The position numbers and the translations under genes are program-made. From positions 1 through 23,096 of the forward strand of contig NW_021836634.1 of the NCBI RefSeq assembly GCF_006345805.1: DNA of 23,096 nt, written 5' to 3'. Position 1 is the stretch's first letter, and every line of letters begins with the position of its first letter. This document shows positions 1-10,289 of the stretch, piece after piece. Under the pieces are notes generated by a model. It saw only the letters and a program-made list of their open reading frames with translations, ran no database searches and was not told the DNA's origin. Source of the stretch: Octopus sinensis (lineage: Eukaryota).

Positions 1-231
1 TTAAGGTTCACTACAGCTGTTTCAGACATTTTTATTGATGAATAAACTGATTACATTATGAAAGAAAACCCTTTCCTTCAGGTGAATTAAAACCTAACAT
101 TTAAAATTTTTTAATTTAGTTCAAAAATACCAAGACATAGAATGAACTTTGACCCTTTCATTTTGACAAGTGAAACAGTCTGTATATGGACACGTCTGTA
201 TATGTATGCCTGTGCTAATCTCAGCCCTTAC

Positions 232-272
232 TTGGTGTCCTTGTTTTCAAAATACTTTGATTCAAATGAATC
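232..272 (-). CDS. Candidate internal exon (41 nt) of the minus-strand gene; DSFESKYFENKDT if phase 0
   Basis: Minus strand reads ttgtttgtag|GATTC...CACCAA|gtaagg. Good splice signals and open in two frames. Its link to upstream exons is not established. Confidence 0.3.
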
Positions 273-317
273 CTACAAACAATTAATATTTTATATATGT
301 ATATATATATATATATA

Positions 318-456
318 ATGGTGTTAGGAAGGGCATCCAGCCATAGAAACCAAGCCAAATCGGACTGGCACTTGTACCTGGTGCAGCTCTCTGTCTTGCC
401 AGTTCTTGTCAAAACCATCCAACCCATGCCAGCATGGAAATCAGATGCTAAATGAT
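318..456 (+). mobile_element. 3' part of the (ATG)n-tailed SINE-like family ('family C')
   Basis: TGGTGTTAGGAAGGGCATCCAGCC...CCAACCCATGCCAGCATGGAAA...AAATGAT matches other copies in this window (6561-6932, 7541-7700 and 9402-9668 on -, 18664-18800 on +). Confidence 0.8.
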
Positions 457-649
457 ATATCATGTTAAGCCAGTAATCCCTACTCATTTTTTTCTCTCTC
501 CATTTTTTTTTCCTCTCATCCCTTTCCGTCAAAGAGCAAAGGCTTGAAATGTCGAAGACTTTTCCATTCTTCCTGAATGTCAAATTAATACACCTCCTTG
601 TTGTTCCTTCACCTGTCTTTGTCTTTTTTCTGTACATTTGAACTATATA

Positions 650-965
650 CATAATATATGTATAAAAAATACAAACTGGGACAAGAACGCAAAACATTTT
701 GATGACGACACAAAAAACACGGATGGGACATCCGAAGCCTTCAATCTGATTAATCTTGAGATTGCTTCAATCTGGCCAGCCCCAAGGAAAAGCTAAGCTA
801 AGCGCACTAGATTCCTTGGGAGAAAGCTTCGAATGTATACAAAACAAGGACAGAAAAATGGACGATGTTACATGAATATGAATACAAAAATAATACGTAA
901 AAACAATAATAGTAATATTAATAACAATAACAGGACATCACGAACAGGCATCTTTCGACTAGGAC
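650..965. mobile_element. Unclassified interspersed-repeat-like segment
   Basis: Non-coding, retains CpGs, bounded by (TA)n and (CA)n. It resembles an octopus repeat I recall, but there is no second copy in the window to confirm this. Confidence 0.3.
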
Positions 966-1036
966 ACACACCCACACACAGACACACACATACAGACGCA
1001 TGCATACACGTGTGTGTGTGTGTGTACCATCAAGGT

Positions 1037-1400
1037 CATTTAACTTCCATTTCCCATGCTCGATGGTGCAAACAGGATAAAATGTTCCAGAGAAACTGCA
1101 TTCAGTTGCAATGTTTGTGGTGGTAGGCTTCCTAAGGGTGGATGCCTTCAAAACACCAACCATACGACAGAGCATACTGGGTGCTTTGCCCATGGTATCA
1201 GCAGCAGCAATATCTGAGGGGTCATTAAGTAACTTGCAAGACAAGATCCCTCTCTAAGTGGGGGTACAGAATGAGGTGAATGAGGTGGGTTTGTACCAGG
1301 TGTCAAGAGGTGGGATTGTGCCAGGTGTATGCTAGAGGAACAGAAACATGCATCTTGCTCTAGGGGAGAGACCTGGCTGCCCTAGCAAGAAAGGGATGGT
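1037..1400 (-). mobile_element. Old degraded long variant of family C
   Basis: TTTAACTTCCATTTCCCATGCT and GGATGCCTTCAAAACACCAACCAT...ACTGGGTGCTTT are diverged versions of TTTAACGTCCGCTTTCCATGCT and GGATGCCCTTCCTAACGCCAACCAC...ATGGGTGCT seen in the 6561 and 9402 copies. The right boundary is approximate. Confidence 0.45.
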
Positions 1401-1734
1401 GGGGGTGTACCCTTAAGGTAGAAAATGGGGATAGAGGATAACTGGGGATAGAGGATCAGGGATGTGTAGATGGGTAGGTTTATAAGGAAATGAAAGGAGA
1501 ATAGAGATGGTCACAGATGGGGACTAGAGGCAAATGCAGGGTGTAGTGAACATGGGTAGAGGTGTGGGCATTTGTTTCTTTCAGTTTGGAGGAGGAGGAG
1601 CTGGAGAAGGAGTGGGGTGGATGGAAATTGGTCAGCTTATAATGAAGAGTTTAGAGATGGCATAAAATGTGTGTGTGGGGGGAGAAGGAGGCACAGTAGT
1701 AGAGATGGAACTCAGAGGTGTATAGCTATAAGTA

Positions 1735-1797
1735 TGTATATACATATATATGTGTATGTATGTATGTGTATATATATATATATATATAATATATATA

Positions 1798-1829
<32 letters not shown>

Positions 1830-2135
1830 GATACATATATGACATCCATCCATCCATCCATTACAAACATACATACATACATAAAGATACATACATGCAT
1901 AAATATATATACATATGTACATATATTTATACTTGTGTGTATGTACATATGCATGAATACATGTATGTAAATATTTACATGTATATATAAATATGTACAT
2001 GTGTTTCTCTGTGTGTGTGTGTGTGTGTGTTTAAGTATGTATTTATTTATATATATGTATGTGTGCAATATACACACACACACACATATATATATATACA
2101 CACACACACATATATATTACATGTATATATATATG
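1735..2135. repeat. Compound microsatellite (TA)n/(GA)n/(CATC)n/(CATA)n/(TG)n/(CA)n
   Basis: Direct inspection. Confidence 0.95.
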
Positions 2136-2210
2136 CACTTGTGCATGTCAATGTACTGTACTAATTACTTTGTGTAATTTAAGTTTGCTGCCTCATTTCT
2201 GAGATCATAC

Positions 2211-2334
2211 CCCACTGGGAGTGACTTCATATTTTCTTTCCCTCAGGGGTCCAATGAAATTGGCAGTCTTAGAATTTGTGGTTTGATTCCTTCGCATCAA
2301 TTTTATATCTTTCTCATAACCAACGAAAAGCAAA
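2211..2334 (-). CDS. Candidate internal exon (124 nt) xLLFVGYEKDIKLMRRNQTTNSKTANFIGPLRERKYEVTPSG
   Basis: Bounded by gtgtatgtag|TTTG... and ...AGTGGG|gtatga. Open frame of non-repetitive sequence between microsatellites; a phase-0 end fits the 232-272 candidate. The upstream phase link to the 8279 exon is unresolved. Confidence 0.3.
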
Positions 2335-2444
2335 CTACATACACACATGCACCTATACATGCATGCAGGCATACATATATACACACACACATATGTGTGT
2401 GTGTGTGCGTTTTTGTGAATAAATATATATATACATACATATAT

Positions 2445-2780
2445 ATATATAACTTTGATATTTATCATTGTTTGATTTCACTTTTTCAATATCAGCGACA
2501 GTGGACGCTGGAAAAAGTATAAGTATTTGTGAAGGAAATCTATTCTCGGCGACAACTATGATTGTCACACGCTGACGAGAGGTCAATACCTCGAAACTCA
2601 AGTCCGTGTGTATCATAATTGAAGACGGGAAGATGACTTCCCTTTGCAAATACTGACAGGACACAGAAAGTGTGTCTATGCCAGCTGGAGGAGTGTGTCC
2701 TCCTGGGGCTAAAACTACAGTAGCATCCACCCTTAGGGGTTAGCCATATTGAAATGGCAAAAATACGTCACGATATTATA
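2445..2780 (+). mobile_element. Hammerhead-bearing Penelope-like pseudo-LTR / retrozyme-like unit inserted in (TA)n
   Basis: ~330 bp of CpG-rich complex sequence flanked by (TA)n on both sides, containing a full hammerhead core and several hairpins. Minimal type I hammerheads are characteristic of Penelope-like elements. Boundaries are approximate. Confidence 0.6.
2557..2617 (+). ncRNA. Type I hammerhead ribozyme with minimal stem III
   Basis: Stem I CACACG(2566-71)/CGTGTG(2605-10), extended by TATGAT/ATCATA across a TGT/T internal loop. Core CTGACGA(2572-78). Stem II GAGGT-caat-ACCTC. GAAA(2593-96). Stem III AC-tcaa-GT. Predicted GUC cleavage after 2604. Confidence 0.9.
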
Positions 2781-2959
2781 TATATATATTATATATAGAT
2801 GTGTATATATATCATATACAAATATGCGAACATATACAATCACCCTCATCATCATTCTCAGTAGCAGCAGCATCACCATAGTCATAATCATCACCATTAT
2901 ACATCTGGGGAGTGGTTTCTTTCGTTCCTACATTCTAATATGGTGTCATATCTTAGATA

Positions 2960-3305
2960 TTTAGCACACACATACACATATATATATATTTATGTGTGTG
3001 AGTGTGTGTATAGATAGATAGATAGATATAGATAAATAGATAGATAAACAGGCAGTCAGACAGACAGACCGACAGACAGATAGATAGATAGATAGATAGA
3101 AAGACAGACACACATGTATACACACACACACATATATACATAATGTATACATACATCCAAATATATATATATATATATACAGATTATATATATATATATA
3201 TACATATATATACACTTATACATACATACACATATATGTGTGTGCATATATATAGAGAGAGAGAAAGAAAAAGAGACACACACACACACACACATACACA
3301 TACAT
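2960..3305. repeat. Compound microsatellite (CA)n/(GATA)n/(GACA)n/(TA)n/(GA)n
   Basis: Direct inspection. Confidence 0.95.
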
Positions 3306-3529
3306 GCTTGCAGATGTTCAAAGCAAAACATGAGCCACAATTAACCCATATAATGAGTGCATCCCCCTCCACCTTCTTCCCTCTTCCCCTCCTCCTCCAG
3401 CTACGTAAAGGTCTCTAACAACAGCATAACACTATGTGACTTTTAAGGAGAAGATGTGTGTTGGTATGTAGGTCCATGTCTGTGTATGTGTGTTTGGTTG
3501 AATTAATTACTCCACCTCCCCCAACTATT

Positions 3530-3700
3530 TTGTCACTGTTTATTCTAGTGATTCCCTATTTCCACTCCTAGGTGAAAGGATGAAATTATATAAAATTGTC
3601 CTTACCAAGATTTGAACCCGGACCACTTGTAAAAGTGGGGTGTTGGGCAGGCTGGGTGGGATTTGCAACTAAACACTACACGGCAACACATTCAGTACAG
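3530..3700 (-). mobile_element. Highly degraded copy of SINE family B
   Basis: GAAAGGATGAAA...GATTTGAACCCGG resembles GAAAGGATGAAAGGCAAAGTCGACCTCGGTGAAATTTGAACTCAG of the 13622-13840 copy. Confidence 0.4.
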
Positions 3701-3809
3701 AACATCTCTGTTTCTTCCCGATCACTACCCCTTTGATAATAATAATAATAATGTACATTGTTTCATCTTGGTATAAAAGTAATAATAATAATAATTATTA
3801 TTATTATTA

Positions 3810-3959
3810 GACATTCACTAGTACAACACCAAAAAAAAAACCCAAATATATGGCACACTAGGCATAACAACAACCTGAACTTCCAACCTGTTGTCTCTTG
3901 AGGTCTCTGGGTGAGACTTGGAGCCAACTTGTACAGACATAAAGCAAAAGTCAAATATA

Positions 3960-3960
<1 letters not shown>
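3810..3960 (+). mobile_element. 5'-truncated LINE 3' end with (TAA)n tail (Dong/R4-like)
   Basis: Complex sequence between two AAT/ATT tracts, ending AAAGCAAAAGTCAAATATAG followed by (AAT)23. Family assignment is inferred from known TAA targeting by Dong-type R4 elements and from memory of octopus repeats. Confidence 0.45.
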
Positions 3961-4030
<70 letters not shown>

Positions 4031-4033
<3 letters not shown>

Positions 4034-4520
4034 TACATTGTTTAGTCTTGGTATAAAAGTTGGGCTACAGCAAATGTTCTGCTCAATACCACAGATTTAT
4101 CAGTTGCTTGACCTTAATCAGATGAGCATGTCCCTTAGTGGCTGATGATATGTGCATCTCTGATCACAAACAGAAGTAGTGGGGGAGTATCATAGCGATG
4201 CGCTGAGAGGAATTCTTTAGGGTTTGGATAATTCACCTTTGGAAACTTGGTTGTTTCGTTCAACATCCTTGAACAACACTTATTCAGGGTCCTTTTGAAT
4301 AGGATGGGCTACTCGACCCGAAGAAAATTCTAACTAGGCCCCACCTGCAAGGTCATGCGCTACTTATCTTGATATGAGATGACCATGTCGCACACATATG
4401 TTTGTGATGCATGTGCCTGGTGTACCCTTATCAGACGGGTAGTCATGATGGGTATACTGGGCCTCGTATATTTGTAGCCCAAGGTCACTTAGATGGCATT
4501 GCACTGCTCTTTCACTCAGT
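4031..4520 (+). mobile_element. Second LINE-like 3' UTR fragment embedded in (AAT)n
   Basis: 490-bp non-coding complex block flanked by (AAT)n on both sides. Its first 30 nt recur at 3751-3780 (28/30 identical). Confidence 0.55.
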
Positions 4521-4755
4521 AATAATAATGATAATAATATTTTCTACTACAAGTAGTAGGCCTGAAATTTTATGGGGAAGGGGATAGACAGTTATATCAC
4601 CTCCCTCACTCCCCGTGCTTGAGTGGTATTTATTTTATCAACAACAAAAGGATGTAAGGCAAAGTCAACCTTGGCAGAATTTGAACTCAGGACGTAAAGA
4701 TGGAAAGAAATGCTACAAAGCATATTGTCTAACGCACTAACCATTCTACCAGTTA
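4521..4755 (-). mobile_element. tRNA-derived SINE family B, degraded
   Basis: AAAGGATGTAAGGCAAAGTCAACCTTGGCAGAATTTGAACTCAGGACGTAA aligns to the 13622-13840 copy; (ATT)n tail on the minus strand. Confidence 0.75.
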
Positions 4756-4769
4756 AACTATCTTCATCA

Positions 4770-4847
4770 TCACCAACATCACCAACATCACCATCATCAT
4801 ATCATTTTCATCATCATCATTATCATTATCATCACCACCATCATCAC

Positions 4848-4884
<37 letters not shown>

Positions 4885-5050
4885 GTCATCGTCATCACCA
4901 TCATCATCATCATCATCACCACCATCATCACCATCATCATCATCATCATCATCACCGTCTCATCATCATCATCATCATCATTATCATTTACATCACCAAT
5001 ACTGTCATTCCTACCACCGTCATCGTCATCATCACCGTCATCATCATCAT
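4770..5050. repeat. (CAT/CAC)n trinucleotide tract
   Basis: Direct inspection; source of the poly-His ORF in the track. Confidence 0.95.
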
Positions 5051-5134
5051 GCTGTAGCTTAAGCAGATAATTAATAAGAGTTAATTATCAAAGTAAAGTT
5101 TGTAATTGAAAAGTGTGACACTTGCTAAAGTTGG

Positions 5135-5720
5135 CACAGACACATACGCACGCATGCACACACACACATCCACAAACACACACACATACAGATGCACACA
5201 CACACATATACACACATGCACACACACACATCCACAAATACACACACATGCACACACACATACACACATGTGCACACATCCACAAATACACACACATGAA
5301 TACACACATGCAGACACATACACACACATGCACATACATACACATACACATGCACACATACATACACACATGCACACACACATACACATTCCACTCATCC
5401 ACATACACGCACACACATAGAACTGCATCCACTTATAAGCGTATACACAAATGCACTCATGCATATGCATGCATACATACACACACATACACATACATGA
5501 ACACACACACGTATCTAAGCATATACATTTACAGACATACACCAACATAGATACCCACACACACATGTACACACACACACTCACACACATATATATGCAC
5601 ATACAGACTTATACACTCACACAAATGCTTGAATATGTATACGTAAATATACACACATAAACACACCACAAATACCGGCATACATTGGTATACACACAGA
5701 CGCATACACACCTCCATGCA
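5135..5720. repeat. Degenerate (CA)n/(TACA)n tract
   Basis: Direct inspection. Confidence 0.9.
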
Positions 5721-5991
5721 TACTCAGACATTGTAATGACAAGATGGCCATAGGTCGTTTGGTTAACGAGTTTAATTAGTGCTCTAAATTAGTTGAAGTA
5801 AATTCTCAGTGAATCAAGCCAAACAGACTGTTTTCTTAAACTTTGTCTTTCATCACTGGTGTTCCTGGTTTAGGCATGAACGCCACACACTCACCCTTAC
5901 ACCTCAAATGCCATCTGGTGACTTAGGACCTGATGTTGTAGTTGTTGTTGTTGTTCTCATTCTTATTGGTCAGTCCCTAGATCAATTCTGA

Positions 5992-6295
5992 TTGAACCAG
6001 CCATCACTATCACCAACCACCATCATCATTGCTGTCAGTACCACTGCCATCGTTATCATCACCATCATCATCATCATCATCTTCCTCATCATCATCACCA
6101 TGATCATCATTATCATCATCCTCATTGTCATCATCACCGTCATCACCTTAATCATCATCATCACCACCACCACCACCACCACCACCACCACTGCTATCAT
6201 CATCTTTATCATCATTGCCATAGTCACTATCATTATAATCATCATCATCGTCATCGTTGCTATCGTCATCATCATCATCATCATCATCATCATTG
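5992..6295. repeat. Degenerate (CAT/CAC)n tract, contiguous with the tail of a family C variant
   Basis: Direct inspection. Confidence 0.9.
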
Positions 6296-6515
6296 TTGTT
6301 TCTACATCCACTTTTCTATGCTTACATGGGTGAGATGAAATTCATTCATGCAGATTTTCTATGGCTGGATGCCCTTCCTGTCACCTGCTTCCAAACCAGA
6401 CAATATTCTCCTTTGGGTGGACATGTTTTCATAGAAGACTGGAAATGAGTGACACTGCTTGTTTGAGGGTGATACTCACTCACATCTATGATACAATATC
6501 AATGACACACACAGC
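6270..6515 (-). mobile_element. Family C variant
   Basis: (ATC)n then TTCTACATCCACTTTTCTATGCTTACATGGG...TTTCTATGGCTGGATGCCCTTCCT shares the family C terminus and the GCTGGATGCCCTTCCT motif. Confidence 0.6.
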
Positions 6516-6528
6516 CATGCTTGTGCAC

Positions 6529-6560
<32 letters not shown>

Positions 6561-6562
<2 letters not shown>

Positions 6563-6932
6563 CATCATCATCATCATCATTTAACGTCCGCTTTCCATGC
6601 TAGCATGGGTTGGACGGTTCAACTGGGGTCTGGGGAGCCCGAAGGCTGCACCAGGCCAGTCAGATCTGGCAGTGTTTCTACAGCTGGATGCCCTTCCTAA
6701 CGCCAACCACTCCGAGAGTGTAGTGGGTGATTTTATGTGCCACCGACACAGGTGCCAGACGAGGCTGGCGAACGGCCACGCTCGGATGGTGTTTTTATGT
6801 GCCACCGACACAGTGCCAGACGAGGCTGACGAAACGGCCACGATCGGATGGTGTTTCTTACGTGCCAACAGCACGGAGGCCAGTCGATGCTGGTACTGGC
6901 TACGGCCACGTTCGGATGGTTTTTCTTGTGTG
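6561..6932 (-). mobile_element. Family C element, young copy with an internal ~62-bp tandem repeat
   Basis: (ATC)n-TTTAACGTCCGCTTTCCATGCTAGCATGGGTTGGACGG...; near-identical to 9402-9668 and 7541-7700; CpGs intact. Confidence 0.9.
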
Positions 6933-6977
6933 ATATATATATATATATGCTTTTTAATAAATAAGATATATATATAT

Positions 6978-7023
<46 letters not shown>

Positions 7024-7074
7024 ATATATATATAATGGTTATTGTTTATATATACATGTCTATATACTCTAAGT

Positions 7075-7320
7075 ATCATCGAGTTCAAAATCTGCTAAAG
7101 CTGAGTTCTCCTTACATCCTTTTGAGGTCAATATAATGAGTACCTGTTAAAAACTGATGATCAAGGTATCTGTTACCTGTTAAATGAGTATCTAGAGGTC
7201 AAGGTAATATAATGAGCATCTGTTAAACACTGGGGTCAAATTAATCAACTTACTCCCTTCTTGAAAATTTCAGGACTTGTGCCTATACTACAGAGTAATT
7301 GTTGTTGTTGCTGTTGTATA
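7075..7320 (+). mobile_element. Degraded SINE family B with internal duplication
   Basis: GAGTTCAAAA...CATCCTTTTGAGGTCAATATAATGAGTACC...CACTGGGGTCAA...TTTCAGGACTTGTGCC aligns to the 15905-16100 copy. Confidence 0.65.
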
Positions 7321-7540
7321 ACAACGTTAATTACCAGCTGTCAACGAATGAGATTTGAACAATTAATAAGAATTTTTAATGTTGATTTGTTTTTGCTTTG
7401 TGTTTTTAAGAATATTTTTCCATCTGGTTCAGTGTGTAAGGTTTTTTTGTGTGTATGTTTAATGTAGAATTACAAATATTCATGACACTTGTCTATATAT
7501 ATATATATATATTATATATATCTAGATATATATATATATA

Positions 7541-7700
7541 TCATCATTCATCATCATTTAGCGTCCGCTTTCCATGCTAGCATGGGTTGGACGGTTTAAC
7601 CGGGGTCTAGGAAGCCAGAAGGCTGCACCAGGCCCAGTCTGATCTGGCAATGTTTCTATGGCTGGATGCCCTTCGTAATGCCAATGCCCTTCCTAACGCC
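7541..7700 (-). mobile_element. Family C element, 5'-truncated
   Basis: Direct similarity to 6561-6705. Confidence 0.9.
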
Positions 7701-8040
7701 ATATATATATATAAATTACATGCATAAATATGTGTGTGTGTGTGTATATAAAATGTGTGTATACACTTGTAGCTTGCACATGTATGTGCATATACATATG
7801 TATAAACACACACACACATATATATGCATACATATATCTATATAAATATATATATGTGTGCGTATGTGTGCATGTGTCCATGTGTGTGTGTATAAAGGTA
7901 AATATATATGCACACACACACACATCTATACATGTGTGTGTGTATATATATATATATATATGAGTGTATGTTTTTGCCTGTATGTGTTCAAATGCACACA
8001 TGCACCCATAACGCAATACACACTCACAAGCACAACATAT

Positions 8041-8085
8041 GCGGGCATGGAAAACGGACATTAGATGATGATGATGATGATGATG
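8041..8085 (+). mobile_element. Family C terminal remnant
   Basis: GCATGGAAAACGGACATTAGATGATGATG is the family C 3' end plus (ATG)n tail. Confidence 0.65.
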
Positions 8086-8278
8086 TGTGTGCGTGTACGT
8101 ATGTATGTATGTATCCACATACAATATTAAAAACCAAAGAAAAGTTAAGACAAAGAAAGCGATGTATAATAAAGCCCGCAGGCGATGGAATTGTTCATCT
8201 CAACATGTACGTCCCTGCTGTTAGTTTTTTTGTTGTTGTTGTTGTTGTTGTTGTTGTTGACTGAAGGATGTACTGTAC

Positions 8279-8325
8279 CTGTTTCCGTTGACAACCGCTG
8301 AGTCTGAGAGTAAATATGAAATATA
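8279..8325 (-). CDS. Internal exon (47 nt) (Y)IFHIYSQTQRLSTET of an unidentified protein
   Basis: Strong acceptor atttagttttcatcttctcttcag| and donor ACAG|gtacag. The phase-2 start completes TA|T = Tyr from exon 9170-9312, and the frame stays open. Confidence 0.6.
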
Positions 8326-8389
8326 CTGAAGAGAAGATGAAAACTAAATATTCCTTGAAATGGGAAAAAAAAATAATATAATAATAAAA

Positions 8390-8434
8390 ATAATAATAAT
8401 AATAATGATAATAATAATGATAATGATGATGATG

Positions 8435-8482
<48 letters not shown>

Positions 8483-8521
8483 TTAATAATAATAATAAGA
8501 TAATGATAATATAATATAATG

Positions 8522-8555
<34 letters not shown>

Positions 8556-8581
8556 TAATGATGATAATAATAATAATAATG

Positions 8582-8615
<34 letters not shown>

Positions 8616-8817
8616 TAATAATGATAATAATAATAATAATAATAATAATGATGATAATAATAATAATGATAATAATAATAATGATGATAATAATAATAAT
8701 GATGATAATAATGATGATAATGATAATAATAATAATAATAATGATGATGATGATGATGATGATAATAATGATGATAATAATAATAATAATGATGATGATG
8801 ATGATGATGATAATAAT

Positions 8818-8848
<31 letters not shown>

Positions 8849-8870
8849 TAATAATAATAATAATAATAGT
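8390..8870. repeat. ~480-bp (AAT/GAT)n tract
   Basis: Direct inspection. Confidence 0.95.
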
Positions 8871-9169
8871 GATGATGATGATGATGAAGATGGTGGTGGT
8901 GCTGGTGTTGTGGTGAGGAGGAAATAAAAAAATTTGCTTTTAGCTTATCTGCAACACATTGTCTATAAGAGAGTGTGTGTATGTATGCTTGTACAGTTTG
9001 TGCATGAGATGTGTGTATGTGAAGTGTGTATGTATGTGTATGCATGTGTGTGTGCATGTGATACATACACATACATTTTGACACATACACACGCATATAT
9101 GTGCGTTGTAAATCTGTGCACATGTGTGTGTGTGTGTATGTGCACGTGTGTGTTTGGTGTGTACCTTAC

Positions 9170-9312
9170 TATAATAGGTGTATGACGGCTGCTGTGAGAG
9201 CTTCAATAAAATGTTCCCTGATGGTCCATTCTGGAGAAGCATCCAAACACTCTTGGAACTTCCACTGTAGGGTTCCAAGCAACCAACCAGAATGGGGAAA
9301 TGTATGCACAAA
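9170..9312 (-). CDS. Internal exon (143 nt) FVHTFPHSGWLLGTLQWKFQECLDASPEWTIREHFIEALTAAVIHLL
   Basis: attattag|TTT...TTATA|gtaagg; 47 open codons plus 2 nt, phase-matched to 8279-8325. An alternative in-phase acceptor (ccctacag|) would start the exon at 9264. No homolog recognised. Confidence 0.65.
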
Positions 9313-9401
9313 CTAATAATATAATCTTGTGTCTATCAGTTTATCTTAACTTCTCATATATATATATATATCTATATATATAATATATAATATATATGTA
9401 T

Positions 9402-9668
9402 ATCATCATCATCATCATCATCATCGTTTAACGTCCGTTTTCCATGCTAGCATGGGTTGAACGGTTCAACTGGGGTCTGGGGAGCCAGTAGGCTGTGCCA
9501 GGCCCAGTCTGATCTGGCAGTGTTTCTACAGCTGGATGCCCTTCCTAACGCCAACCACTCCGTGAGTGTAATGGGTGCTATTTACGTGCCACCTGCACAG
9601 GTGCCAGACGAGGCTGGCAAACGGCCACGATCGGATGGTGCTTTTTACATGCCACCGACATGGGGGCC
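9402..9668 (-). mobile_element. Family C element
   Basis: Direct similarity to 6561-6815. Confidence 0.9.
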
Positions 9669-10289
9669 ATATATGTACATGCATACACACACACACACAT
9701 AGTCCTAGTTGGCAGGAGTGGTATCATTCACAAACAATTTGGGCATACAGACAGAAATATTTGGGTTGCAATGGAAGTGATCTTTAAGGCCATCCTAAAT
9801 AATCACAGATCCCACTTTGAGAATCCAGGACAGGTGCCATATTACAATATTAAAAAGCTGTATATGGTGACTAAAAGAGGGAGGAAAACCATATAAAATG
9901 AACTGAATGGCCTGGATCATATCTGAATAGAAGCAGGTTTGCTAACTTTGCTTGGTAGAGAGGTGAATCATTCTTAAAACTTCACAGGATCCAGCTGCAT
10001 TCCTAAACTTAAAAAGCAAAATATTTGGATAGTGCCCTTATGAAAGGAAATTTGTTTTGGTATGGCTGTATGGTTAAGAGATTTGCTTTTTAACCATCTG
10101 ATTGCATGCTAGCATTTTAACAAAGGAAGGATTCATTAGATAATGTACTTCTATTATGGAATACCTAAGAAAGCAAAACCAGATGAAATGGTCATGTTTG
10201 GAACACCTTTCATAGGTGTTGCATCAATACAACAACAACAAATACAATTTCAGCCTTAGCCTTTACTAACTGGTACCATGACCACCACT

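Noticed and set aside
2353-2730. 125-aa minus ORF, and a plus frame interrupted by two in-frame TGA codons (selenoprotein idea)
   Set aside because: The region is explained by the hammerhead-bearing element; the TGA at 2573 is the ribozyme core. No SECIS or recognisable domain.
4142-4175. Other CTGA(T/A)GA words (4142, 8326, 16461)
   Set aside because: None is followed by a stem II plus GAAA and a matching NUH/stem I.
5880-5990. Strong minus-strand donor AGG|GTGAGT at ~5893
   Set aside because: No credible acceptor gives an open, phase-compatible exon.
6815-6850. CAGACGAG...GACGAAACGGCCACGATC resembling a hammerhead
   Set aside because: CAGA replaces CUGA, there is no real stem II, stem III does not pair at 15.2/16.2, and there is no stem I.
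7410-7434. Plus-strand splice-like signals (also 26-80 and 17118-17232)
   Set aside because: The 26-80 and 17118 segments have stops in all three frames, so no coherent plus-strand coding gene emerges. A non-coding antisense transcript cannot be excluded.
9178-9270. Plus-strand peptide VYDGCCESFNKMFPDGPFWRSIQTLLELPL* after ataatag|
   Set aside because: It looks protein-like but is the antisense shadow of the minus-strand exon, which has both splice sites and a phase-matched neighbour. No plus-strand partner exons stay open.
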